Assembly: GCA_001724265.1 (NCBI GenBank)
Contig: MEDY01000312.1
Coordinates: forward strand, 1 to 39,619
Direction of reading: 5' to 3'
DNA from: Rhizaria sp. SCN 62-66
Taxonomy: Eukaryota
DNA length: 39,619 nt
In this document: positions 1 through 11,639 of the stretch, piece after piece
How the letters are laid out: each line of letters starts with the position of its first letter
Position numbering within the stretch: the first letter of the stretch is position 1
The notes under the pieces: generated by a model
Told to the model about the DNA's origin: nothing
Databases searched by the model: none
Seen by the model: the letters and a program-made list of their open reading frames with translations, nothing else
Program-made: the position numbers and the translations under genes

Positions 1-3000
1 GGCGCGGCCGCCAGCGGGGCGCCCGGCGCCGCGAAGGCCGCGTACGTGAGCACGACGTTGAGCGCGCGGAAGGTCGCGGGCGCGGGTGCAAGGGCCGCGG
101 CCGCCACGGCCTCCGCGCTGCTGCCGTTCTGAGCGCGCGCGGGCGGCGTGAAGGGCGCGAGCACGAGCGCGACCAGGTCGCCCAGCCGCGGCATGTGCGC
201 CGGCGCGCGCAGCGGCAGCGGCCCGGAGCCAGAGCTGCTGTCGGCGCCGTCCTCCGCCGCAGCGCTCGCGCTTGTGTTCGCGGTGTTGGCGTTGGTGCTG
301 GCCGCGGGGACGGCGCCGACGACGTCTGCGTCGGGCGTGGAGCCCAGCGCGGCGGAGGCGGCGGCGTCGCTGCGGCGGCCCGCGAAGCCGGCCAGGGCGC
401 CCGTGCGGCGGCACACGAGGTCGAGCCGGGCCAAGGGCGCCGAGGGCACCACCGTCTGCTGCTCCTGCTCCTGCTCCTGCAGCGAGTGCGAGTACGAGTG
501 CGCGGGAGTCAGCGAGATGCGGGTCACGAGCGTGCCCGAAGCAGCAGCAGCAGCGGCGGCAGCGGAAGTCTCGGCCGCAGTCGCAGAGGAGGCAGACGCG
601 GCAGCGGAGGCCGTGGCGGCGACGATCGCGTCGGCGGCGGCGCATGCCTCCGCCTCTGCCTCCGCCTCTGCCTCTGCCTCGGCCTCGGCGGCGCTGCGGC
701 CGAGGTTGCGGCTGCGGCTGTGCGGCGACAGCGCGCGCGCGGCGACGGCGACGACGGACTCGGACGCCGCCAGCGGCACCTCTCCGACAGCAGCGCTGGC
801 GCTGGCGCTGGTTGCAGTTGCGGCGGCGAGCGGCGTGCCGAGGCTGCCCTTGCCGTAGCGGATGCGCGCGGGCTTGTTCACGACCGCCGCGCGCACGCAT
901 GCGGGCACCGGCACCGGCACGTCGGTCGCACTGCAGTCGCCGCCGCCGCTGGGGCAGAGGCTCGAGAGCCAGTGCGCAAGCTGCTGCCATTGGGCGCCCT
1001 CGGCGGCGGCGCGCGAGCCGGGCGCCGCGGCAGCCGCGGGCAGCTGCGCGGCGGCCGCGGCGGCCACGTCCCGCAGCGACTCGAGCGCCCACGCGGCCAC
1101 CAGCGACGCGCTGTCGCTGCGCACGTTCGCGACAGCGCTCTTACCGCTTTTGCTGCCGCTCCCACTGTTGATGTCGAAGTTGGGCGGCAGCGCGGCGGCG
1201 AGCGCGGCGGCGTCGGCGACGACGCGCGCAGCGGCGGCGACGGCCTCGAGCGCGGGCGGGCTGCGGCGCGGCCACGGCAGGCGGCGCGCGCGCTGCGTGC
1301 ACAGCGCGGCCGCCGCCGCCTCGTCTGTCGTCAGCGCAAAGCCCGCGGCCTCGAGCTCGGCGCTACTCACGCGCCCGCTCACGCCGCCAGCGCCTCGAGA
1401 GGCTGCGAGCGCGTCTGCGGCGGCGGCGACGTTGACTGCAAGGACGAAGACCTGGTCGGCCTTGGCCTTGCGGCCCTTGGCGCCGGTCTCCACGCCCGCG
1501 GCCGCCGCAGCCGCGGCGGCGGCGCCGACCGCGGCGCGCGAAGCGCCGTGGCCCGCCAGTGCGGCGAGTGCGTCGAGCGCGGCCGCGCGCTTGGCGGGCG
1601 CGAGCGCGGAGCCGGCGGCGGAGACGTCGAGCGCGTCGTAGGGGAAGCCCGCGTCGTCGCCGGCCTCGGCCTCGGGCCACGCCGCGGCCGCGGGCGGCAC
1701 GTGGAAACACACGCGCAGCACCAGCGTCGAGACGGCGTCGCGCGCGGCCGCCAGCGTGCTCTGTGCAGACGCCGCGTCAGAGCTAAAGCTGGAACTAGAA
1801 CTAGCAGCAACGCTGTTGTTGGAGGACGCAAAGAGCGTGAGCGTCTGCAGCAGCGCGAGCGCGTCGACGGCGGCGCGGCCGGGGTCTGTGGCGGCGGCCA
1901 GCGCGCCCGCCAGCGCCGCCGCGGCCTGCGGCGTCAGCAGCGGCTGCGTTGTCGAGGGCGCAGCCGCCGCAGTCGCGGGGCCCGAGGCGGCGCGCACGGC
2001 CGCGAGCACGCGCGCGCATGACTCGGCGGCGCGGCCGCTGGCGACGAGCGCGGCAACCAGCGACGACATGCCCTGTCGCAGCACCGCTGCGCGCTCCGTC
2101 GCGACCGCCGCAGCCTCCGCACCCGCACGACTGCTGCTACTGCTAGGAAGGGGATTGGCGGCGGCGAGCGCGGTCCAGGCGGCCCAGGCGGCGGCCTCGA
2201 CGGCGACCGGCGTCCACACTGGCAACGCGAGCGCGGCGGCGGCGTCGGCCACGGCGCCCGGCCGCGCGGTGCCCGCCCACGCCGCGTCGGCCAGCGCGGG
2301 CGCCAGCGCGGCGGCGGCGGGCACCGCCAGTGCGCGCGGCAGCGCCAGCGCAACGGCGGCGGCGTATTGCAGCGGCGTCAGCGCCGCCTGCAGCGGCGTA
2401 ACCGCACCCGTCACGCGCCGCCGGACCGTCAGCGCCGCAAAGCGCGTTGGCGCGGCGCCCAGCGCGGCCGCGGCCGCCGCAGGCAGGCGCTGGTGCCGCG
2501 GCAGCACGCCCGCGTTGGCAGCCGCGTTGGCGGCAGTGGCGGCGGCGGTGGCGGCCGCGCCTGCGCTGGCGCTGACGGCGTCGGGCGTGGTAAGCGCCAC
2601 GCGTGTGGTCGTCTCCGTCACGGCCACGGCCGACGTCGCGATCGGCAGCCGCAGCGGCGCGCGGCCCAGCCGGCCGCCGGCCGCCCGTTCGCGCCATCGG
2701 CGTCGGCGCTCGCGCCGGCGGGGAGGAGATGCGGCGCGGTGCGCTTCTGCAGCAGCAGCACGTCTGCAACGGCGAGCGGGGGGCCCTCGCCGCGCAGCGC
2801 GGCGCAGTGCAGCGCGGCGGCGTAGCCCAGCCAGAGCGACTCGGGCGCGTGTCCGCGCTGCAGCTGCGCCGCCCAGGCCGCGGGCGCGCGTACGGCGGCC
2901 AGCGCGGCCAGCGCCGTGAGGTGCACGCGGTCACCCACGAGCTGCGCGGGCAGCGCGGCCGCCACGGCGCGGTACGTGCTGGCCACGTGCTGCGGGAAGC

Positions 3001-6000
3001 GCCCGTCGGCCGCGAAGAGGTTGAGCAGAGCCACCAGCAGCGGCACCGGCAGCCGCGCCGCGGAGACCACGACGGGCATCAGCGACGTCGCGGCCGCCGC
3101 GCCGGGCTGGCCCTGGCCGTGCCCCTGCCCCTGCTGCTGGGCGGAGGACAGGAAGGAGCCGAAGGGCGTGGCGCCGGCATCCGCATCGGCCGCAGCGGAC
3201 GCGGCGGCCTCGGCGGCCACTGCGTCAGGACCGTGCTCGCCGCCGAGGCCCGCGGCGTCCACAGCGCCGCTGCCGCTTGCGCCGCCGTTAACAAGCGAGC
3301 CGCGCAGGAGCGCCGAGAGCAGCGAACCCTCGGCCGCACCCTCGGCTGCGCCGGCCGCCGCGTCAGCGGGGCTCAAGCGGTAGTACTCGTCCTCCTCATC
3401 GTCCTCCGCGCCCGCGCCCTCGCTGCTGCGGCTGCTGCCGTGCGCGGCGTCCACCTCGGCGGCCGCGGCCGCGGCGGCTGAGGTGGCGCTCTCCGCGGCG
3501 GCGGCGTTCGCGCGCGCGGCGGCGGCGACACGCGCGGCGCGGTCTGCGGCGCCGCGCGGCAGGCGCCACTGCACGTGCTCGAAGTAGGCCGGCTGGAAGC
3601 AGTAAAGGCCCGCCAGCGGGACCAACGAGAGCTGCCCCGCGTCCGCAGCCGGGAGGTCCAGCGTCAGCGCCTCCGGGTCCAGCGCAGCCGCGGTCGCCGC
3701 GGTCGGGGTCGGGTTCGTCGAAGCAGCAGTGCCCACTGAGTCGAGGCTCAGCAGGCCGGCGGCGGCGGCGTCACTGCCACCGTCGGCGTCGGAGTTGGCG
3801 CTCAGCTCGGCTCCGTAGGCCTCGGCGGCAGCGGCTGCGGCGGCGGCGGTCTCCGCGCTGACGGCCGCATCACCGCCGCCGCCGCCGCTGCCGTGACCGT
3901 CAGCGTCGGCGGGCAGCCCGGCCGCGGGCGCGAGGCGCGAGAGCATGCGCGGCGCGAGCGGGCGCGGCCGCAGCGCGGGGTTGCCCAGGCGCGCCAGAAA
4001 GCGCGGCAGGTCCGCGCCGTCCCAGCCCCAGAAGTCGGGCACCAGCGTCGAGTCCACCAGTACGCGCCGCCCGGACAGCTGCAGTTCGGTGCCGGCGCTG
4101 GCGCCAGTGGCGGTGTCGGCGCCGTCGCCGTTGTCGTTGTCGTTGCTCTCGCTGTTGCTGTTGCTGCTGCCGCGCGTGAGAGCGGAGAGGAGCTCGCGCA
4201 TCGACGCCGGCATGCGCTCGCTGCCGCCCACAGCGTCTTCATTGACAGTGTTGTTTTCGTCGATGGCAGCAGTCTCAGCGCCGTCGCCGGCGGCCTCGCG
4301 GAGGCGCTGCGCGCGGCGGCTACGGTCTGTGCCCGCGAGCGCGGCCTCGAGTGTGCGTGCCACGGCCTCCAGCTCGCGCCGCCGCTTGGCCTCGGCCGCC
4401 AGGTCGCGCCGCGCGCCCTCGGCGTAGCCCGCGAGCGCGCTGTCGGGCGCCGTCGCCAGTCCAGTCGCGGCGCCCGCGGCAGCCTCGGCGGTCTCGGCGG
4501 CGTCCTCGGCCTCGGCGGCCGCGCTAGCGTCGGCGCGGGCCCCGGCGCCCGCCGCGCGCGCAGCCTTGGCCGCCGCGCTCGTCAGAGGCGTCCGCATCAG
4601 GTTGCCAGTGCTGGGGTTCGCAGAGGCTTGAGCGGAGGCGGCGTGAGCGTTGCCAGGCAGCTCGTCGAGGCTCCCGTTGGCCGTGGCGGCGGCGGCGGCG
4701 GCGGCGGCGGCGCCGTGGGGCGGCGGCGCGGGCACCGCGTAGTAGCCCAGCTGCGCCTGCGGCTGCTGCAACTGGAGAAGTTGCTGGCGGTGCCGCAGCC
4801 ACGCGCGCGAGCCCGGCTGCCCCTGCGACTGGTCGCGCAGCTGCTGCAGCTGCTGCAGCTGCGCGCGCGTCGGCGCCGACGCGAAGTTGAGTCGCATGGC
4901 TGCGTGGAAGCCGCGGCGGCCGTTGGCGAGCAGGTCGAGCAGCAGCGCAGCCGTGTGCGCGTCGCGCAGCGCCAGCGCGCGCAGCAGCAGCGCCTCGATG
5001 GCGGCCAGCGAGGGGTAGAAGCCGTAGCGGTGCGCGTCGAGCAGCACCGAGAGCGCGGCAGCCAGCGCCGCCTGCGGGGTCCCCGTCGCGCGGTTCGCCA
5101 GGCGCGTGAGCGTGTGATCCAGTAGCGCGCGCGGGTCCGCGCCGGGCACCCACGCGCCCGCCGGGCTCGCGGGCGGCAGCGCCGACGCGGACGCGGGCGG
5201 CGACCGGGGCACAGACGGAGACGAGGCAGCAGCAGCAGAGGCGTCAGAGTCGGCTTCACCGGCTGCGGCGGTGGCGGTGGCGGCGGCGACGGCGGCGACG
5301 GCGGCCTCGGTGGCGGTGGCCGCGGCGGCCGCGAGCGAGGCCTGCGTGGGGTTGCGGTGCGTCACCGTCGCGCCCACCGCGACGTTGACCGCAGCTGCGG
5401 TCGCAACAGCAGTCCCAGAAGTAGAGGCGCCGTCGACAGCCACAGCGAGCGTGCGCTCGCTCTCGTGGTGGAACGACAGCAGCACCTCGACCGCCCCCTT
5501 ACTATGAGCGCTGTTCGCGCTGACGCCCGCGGCATTGCCAGACTCGGCGCCGTCGAGGTAGAGCGAGGGCAGCTCGCCGCCCGCGGCCGTGACGGCGGCC
5601 GGCCCCTCGGCGCCCAACGCCCACAAACGCGCCGCACCAGAGTCCGCGCCCGCGCCGGTGTCAGCGTCGGCGCCGGAGAGCGTGGCCTGCGCCTGCGCCT
5701 CTGCGTCGGCGAACGCGTGCGTCGCGACGGCGGCGGCGACGTCGGCGGCGGCGCGCGCTTCGGCCCGCACGTCGCAGGTGGCGTCGCGCAGCAGCAGGCG
5801 GCCGATGAGCGCCGCGTCGCGCGGGTCTCGCACGACCACCGCGCCCGACACGCGCCGCAGCCGTGCGGGCAGCGCGCGCAGCGCCGCCAGGTCGGCCTCG
5901 CGAAGCGCGCCCGTGGCGGCGTCGACGGCGGCCGCCACGGCGGGCTGCGCTGCGTAGTGTGCGAGCACGGCCGAGACGACGGCCGCGAGGCGCCGCAGCG

Positions 6001-9000
6001 CGGGCGAGCTCGTGCGCGGCGGCGGCGCGGGCGCGCGCGGGAAGTGCATCGAGTAATCCGGCACCGTGCTCGCAGTGGCGGCGGCGTTCGCATTGGCGAC
6101 GCCGGCGGCGGCGGTGGCGGTGGGCGCGGAGGCGAAGGCGGCGAGCGCGGCGGCCGTGGCGGTCAGCGAGGCGGGCGCGGCGGTGCGCCACAGGTCCGCG
6201 TGCCCCTCGGTGCCGTCGCGCTCGGCGCTGTGCTCCGCCTCGTGTGCTTGCTCTGTAGTCGCAGAGAAGTCGCCGGCGGCGCGGCGGGCGGCGGCATCGG
6301 CCGCGGCGGCCGCGCGGCGCGCCTCGTCCTCCGCGCGCGCGGCGGCGGCGTCAGGGTCAAGTCCGGCGGCGAGGCGGCGCGCCGCGGCGGCCTCCGCGGC
6401 GGCCGCGTTCTCGGGCGCGAAGGGCGCGGCCGCCAGCGCGGCGGCGTCGCTGTGCATCGCGTGGAAGAGAACCGCGCCCACGGCCGCCAGCGGGAGCGCC
6501 TGCCGCGCGGGCGCCAGGTCCACGTCTACCGTCGCCACACTGCTGCTGCTGCTGCTGCGCGGACTCGGGCCGGCGTCAGCGGTCGCGGCGGCGCTGCCGT
6601 GCGCGGCGGGGACGGAGCGGGCCCAGAGCGTGGGCACGCGGCGCACCGAGGTGGGTTCGCCCGCGGCCGCGGCGGCCTGGGCGGCGGACAGGCCGCGGGC
6701 CTCGGCCGTGGCCGCGAGCAGGCTGCCGGCGCCGCTGCCAACGCTGCCCAGGGGGTTCGCGCCGGGGACGTAGCCGCCGCTGCGGCGCGCCGAGGAGGGG
6801 AACTCGAACGGAATGTCGTCGCCGTCGCGGCCGCTCGCGCTGTGGAGGCGGGCCTGCGCGCCGCTCTCGGCCGCGAGCATCGCCGCGATCCCGCGCGGCG
6901 CCGCAGACAGCGGCGGCGCGCCGCGCAGCGTGTCCATGGCGTCGGCCGCGGCGCGGCTGCGGTATCCGTGGTCGTGGCCGCCGTGGGGGCCGTGGAAGCT
7001 GTCGCGCTCGCCGGCGGCCGCGGGCGGCATGTACTGCGCGGCGCCGGAGCTCCAGGGCTCGAACATGGCCGCCACGCGCGCGCGCGTCTGCTGCAGCACT
7101 GCTCCGCCGCGCGCGCGCTCGAGGCGGACCGCGGCGGCGCGCGTGATGCGCATGAACTCGGCCTCGGTCTCAGCGCGCGCGGCGCGGGCCTGCGCGTCGA
7201 GCGCGGCGGTGCGCATGGCGGCCAGCACTCGCGCCAGAGTCGGCGCCACGGCCGCGTGCGAGGGGCTGGCGTGCGCGAGCCGCGCGATGGCGACGCACAC
7301 GGGCACCGAGGGCGCCACGCCGCGCGCCGCCAGCGCGTCGAGCAGCTGTGGCACCGAGCGCGCGCCGTCGACGCGGAACAGCGCGGCCGACACGAACTCG
7401 GCCACGGCGGCGTCGGGGGGCGCCCACGCGGGCGCGGCGCGATCCTCCTCGCGCGCCAGCAGCGTTTCGACGGCGCGGAACGCCTCGCGGTCGCTCACAT
7501 GCAGCACGTCCGTCGCGCTCAGCGGCGCGCTCAGTGCCCTCGCCGCCTCGCCATTGCCATCGCTGATGACGCCAGAGTCCGAGTCGGCGAGGCCGGCGAT
7601 GCGGTCCAGGCGGTCGAGCGCGACGGCCTGGAGCAGCTTGCCGTGCAGCAGCGCCTGCGCGTGGGCCAGCGCCTGCGCGTCGTTGGCGTCGACGTCGGCG
7701 ACCACGCCCACGACGAGCCGCGCGACGCGCTCGCAGCGGTCCTCGCGCAGCGCCGCGCGCTCCGCCGCCACGTAGCGCGCCAGCGCGGCCTGGAACGCGG
7801 CGCGGCGCGCGGCCAGCGCGGCCCTGGCGGCGGCGGCGCGCGCGTCGTGCGCGGCCCGCAGCGCAGCGCACATGTCGTCGAACAGCTCCCAGAGGCGTCC
7901 GCGCACGCGTCCGCGCGCGGCGAGCGCGAGCAGCGCGGCGTAGGCGGGCGGCGGCAGCGCCACGGCGCCGCGCTTGCAGTGGTCGAACACGCGTAGCGCG
8001 AGCGCGGCCGCGGGCGGCACGGGCAGCGGCAGCGCGGCGTCGCTGGGGAAGCGCGCCGTGCGCAGCGCCGCCAGCAGCTCCGCCGCGAGCGCGGGCGCGG
8101 GCACCACGCTGCGCTGCTCCAGGTGCGTCACCAGCGCCTCAAGCGCGGGGCCCGCGCTCCGCAGCGCCTGCGCGCGCGCCAGCGCCAGGTAAGCGGGCTG
8201 GCTCAGCCGCAGCGCGTGGCGGTCCGCGTAGCCCAGCAGCGCCTCTGCGGCGGCGGCGAGAGCGGCCACGCCCGCCGCCGCGGCGCCGGCGCCCTCGCGC
8301 GCCTCTGCGGCGGCGGCGGGTAGTGCGGCGGCCACGGCGGCGGCGGCCGTCTCAGCGGCCTGCGCGGAGCCGGGCAGTCGCAGCGCCTGCTCGTGCGCGG
8401 CCAGCAGCGTGAGCACGCGGCGCCCCGTCTCGACAGGGCCCGGCGGCGCGGCGTGCGGGAAGCGTGCGCGCGGCACGCACAGCGCGGCGGCCCACGCGTC
8501 AGCCAGCAGCGGCCGCAGCGACACGAAAAGCAGCTTCGACACCTCTTCAGCCCAGCGCGTCTGCACCGCGGCCGCGGGCGCGCTGGCGGGCACCGGCACC
8601 AGCGCCACCGCCGCCGCAGCGTCCTGACTGGCGCTGTCAGCGGCGGCGGCGGCTTCGGCGGCCTGCGCGGCGACGAGCTCGGCGGGCGAGAGCGGCAGGT
8701 ACGCGGGCGCGGGCGCGGGCGCGGCGGCAGCGGCGGGGGAGAGGTGGAGCACGCGCGCGTTGAGGCGTAGCGCTTGCGGGAAGAGCGCGGCCGCGAGCGC
8801 GGGCACCGCGGCGGGCGACGCGTAAAGCGGCGGCAGCAATGCCGAGACAAACCGCGGCAGAGAGTCGCCGCTGCCGTCGCCGCCGCAATCGGCAGAGGCA
8901 CTGAGCGGCGGCTGCATCGGGTAGCAGCCGACGGCGGCGGCGGCGGCGGCAGGCGCCTGCAGGTGGCCGGCCCACTTCATGTCGAGCGCGGCCCGTGGCA

Positions 9001-9870
9001 GCAGCGCGCGCGGCGGCGGCACCGGGACCGGCGCGCTCTCGTCGACCACCGAGACAGCAGCAGCAGTGCCAGGGTCGGTGTTGCTGTTGGGGACGACAGG
9101 CACGTCGATGAACGCGTCGAGTCCGTGGAATAGCCCGCGCGGGGCCGCGCCAGAGGCGGCGACTGCGGCGGCGGCGGCGGCGGGCGCGTGCGGCGCGAAC
9201 ATGCGCAGCCGGCCCCAGTGCGGGAGCGCGCCGGCCGGGAAGGCCTGCGTGTAGGCGGCCAGGTAGAGCAGGCGCATGTAGACGAAAAGCACAGGCACTT
9301 CGGCCTCGCCCGCGCGCGCGACGGCGGGCGCGGCGTCGCCGGCCTCGGCCACGGTCACGGGTGACTTGCGGGACCGCGAGTGCGAGCGCAGAGCAAGGGC
9401 GGCGACGGGCGCGCGCATGGTGCCGGCGAGCGAGTGCCCGCGGAGCGCCTCGCTAAGCACGGCGGGCGCAAACACAATGCCGGACCGCGCCAGCTGCTCG
9501 GCGGCCGAGAGCGCGGCCGCGGCGCGGCGGCCAGCGCACGAGACGAGGAACTCGGCGACCGTGAGCACCAGCACGGGCGCGGCGGAACCGAAAAAGTCCG
9601 TGAAGTGGTTAAGCTGCAGCGACTCGAGCGACTCGAGCACGATCGGCGCGCGCACGACGGCACCGTCGGCGTCGCCGCCGCCGTCGGCACTGCCGGCACT
9701 AGCGGCGTTGCCGTCGGCGGGGACGGGGAGCAGCTCGCAGTCGTCGCTGCCACCAAGGCGTTTACTGCCGCTGTCGCTCTTGTCCCATAGTGCGGAGGCG
9801 GGGAGGAAGGGCGCGGCGTCGACGAGCAGCGCCTGCGCGGCGGCGGCGTGGCTGGGCGGCAGCGCCACGC

Positions 9871-9901
<31 letters not shown>

Positions 9902-11606
9902 GGCCAGCACCGAGCGGACCCACTCGCCCTGCTGCTGCGGCGACTGCACCGCGCCCGCCCCCGCGGGGCCCGACGCGGCGGCCGCGGCGACGGCGAGGTC
10001 GGCCCACAGCGCGGAGCGCGCGAGCCGGGGCGCGTTGCCGTAGCGGCGGCCCGAGCCGGCCAGCGCCGAGTCGCTGCCGGCGGCGCCGGGGCCCGCGGCC
10101 GCGGTGGCGTTGCTGCTGCCGAAGAAATGTGCGTAAGACTCGGTCAGCGCCGCGATCAGCGACTGCGGCTCACTGCCCGCGCTCACATTCGCGTCGCTCA
10201 AGCTGTCGGCAGCGACAGAGCTGCTGCTGCTGTTGTTGTTGTTTGAGGGCACGAAGAGGTTGTTCGAGTTGGAGACGAGCAGCCCCAGCAGCGCCACGAA
10301 GTCGCTCAGCTGCGCGGGCCGCGCCACGTCTTGCGCGCTGGCGGTGGCGGTGGCTGTGACGGGCTGGAGCGCTGCTTGGAGGTGCGCGACGAGCACGCGC
10401 GCGGCGGCAGGCGCATCGCCCTGCAGCGCGGCGAGCCGCAGCTCGGCCTGCGCCACCAGCGCGGGCAGCCGGCGGCCATGCGCCGAGGCGCGCAGCTGCG
10501 CCGTCAGCGCGGACAGTCGCGTCGCGTCGCCCAGCGCGGTCAGCCGCTGCAACAGCGACAGCCACAACTGCAGCGGCAGCTCGCCGGGCGCCGCAGCGTC
10601 GTGCGCCGCCAGCGGCGACTGCTGCTGATGCGCTTGCTGCGACTGCGCCTGCAGAGACTGCGGAGACTCGCCGTCGGCGGCATGCTCAAGCTCGCTCGCA
10701 GCGCTGCCGTAATTGGCGGCCGGGGAGGCGGCGGCGGAGCGCGCGGCGGTCTGGAAGCGCAGCAGCGCGGCCTCGGCCTCGGCGTCCGTCTCGACGTCGC
10801 TCACAGACCCGCTCTTGGCGGCGGACCGCGACTGCGGTCGTGCACCCACGAGGCTAGGGCCGCTGACGCTGTCGTCCTCCTCGCCGCTGCGGCGCTCGGC
10901 GGCGGCGACGGCGGCCGCAGCGGCCTCGGCCTCAGACTCGGCGTCGCGCGCAGCCGCCTCTGCCGCGGCCGCCGCCTGTGCCGCCACGGCCCTCTCGGCC
11001 TCCGCGCGCGCGGCCTCGGCCTCGGCGACTGCGCTGCGCGCGCGCACCGCGGCCCAGGCCTCCGCACGCGCGGCGTCGCTCACTGCGCGCGCGTGCGCCC
11101 GCGCGGCGGCGGCCCGGAGCGCGGTGAAGACGGCGAGCGCGTGGCCCGCGCCGCCGTGGCGCAGCGCCGCCTCGAGTACTGCCCACAGCAGCGGCGTCGT
11201 CAGCGGCACGCGCGCGCGCTCCACCGTCGCGAACGCGGCCTCGAGAGGGTCGGGAAGGCTGCTCGAGCCCGCGCCCGCGCTCGCGCCCGCCTTGCTATTG
11301 TAGTAGTTGTTATAGCTGGAGTTGTTGGCGGTTGCGAGCGCGCCGGGCGCGGTGGCGGCGGCGGCAGCGGCGATGAGCGCCGCGGCGGCCGCGTTGGAGA
11401 GCAGCGGCGCCGCGGCGGCCACGGTGGGCGGCTGCGCGGCCACGGGCAGCAGCGCGGGCTGCGCCACGCTGGCCCCCGCAAGCGGGCCGCCGCTCAGCAC
11501 GTGGCGCCCCTCGCGGCTGCCGCCGCCGCCGCTGGTGTGCTGCTGCTGCTGAGCGCGGGCGCGGGGCTCCGGCTCGACTGCAGCGGCGACAGGGATGCCG
11601 CTGCCG

Positions 11607-11639
<33 letters not shown>

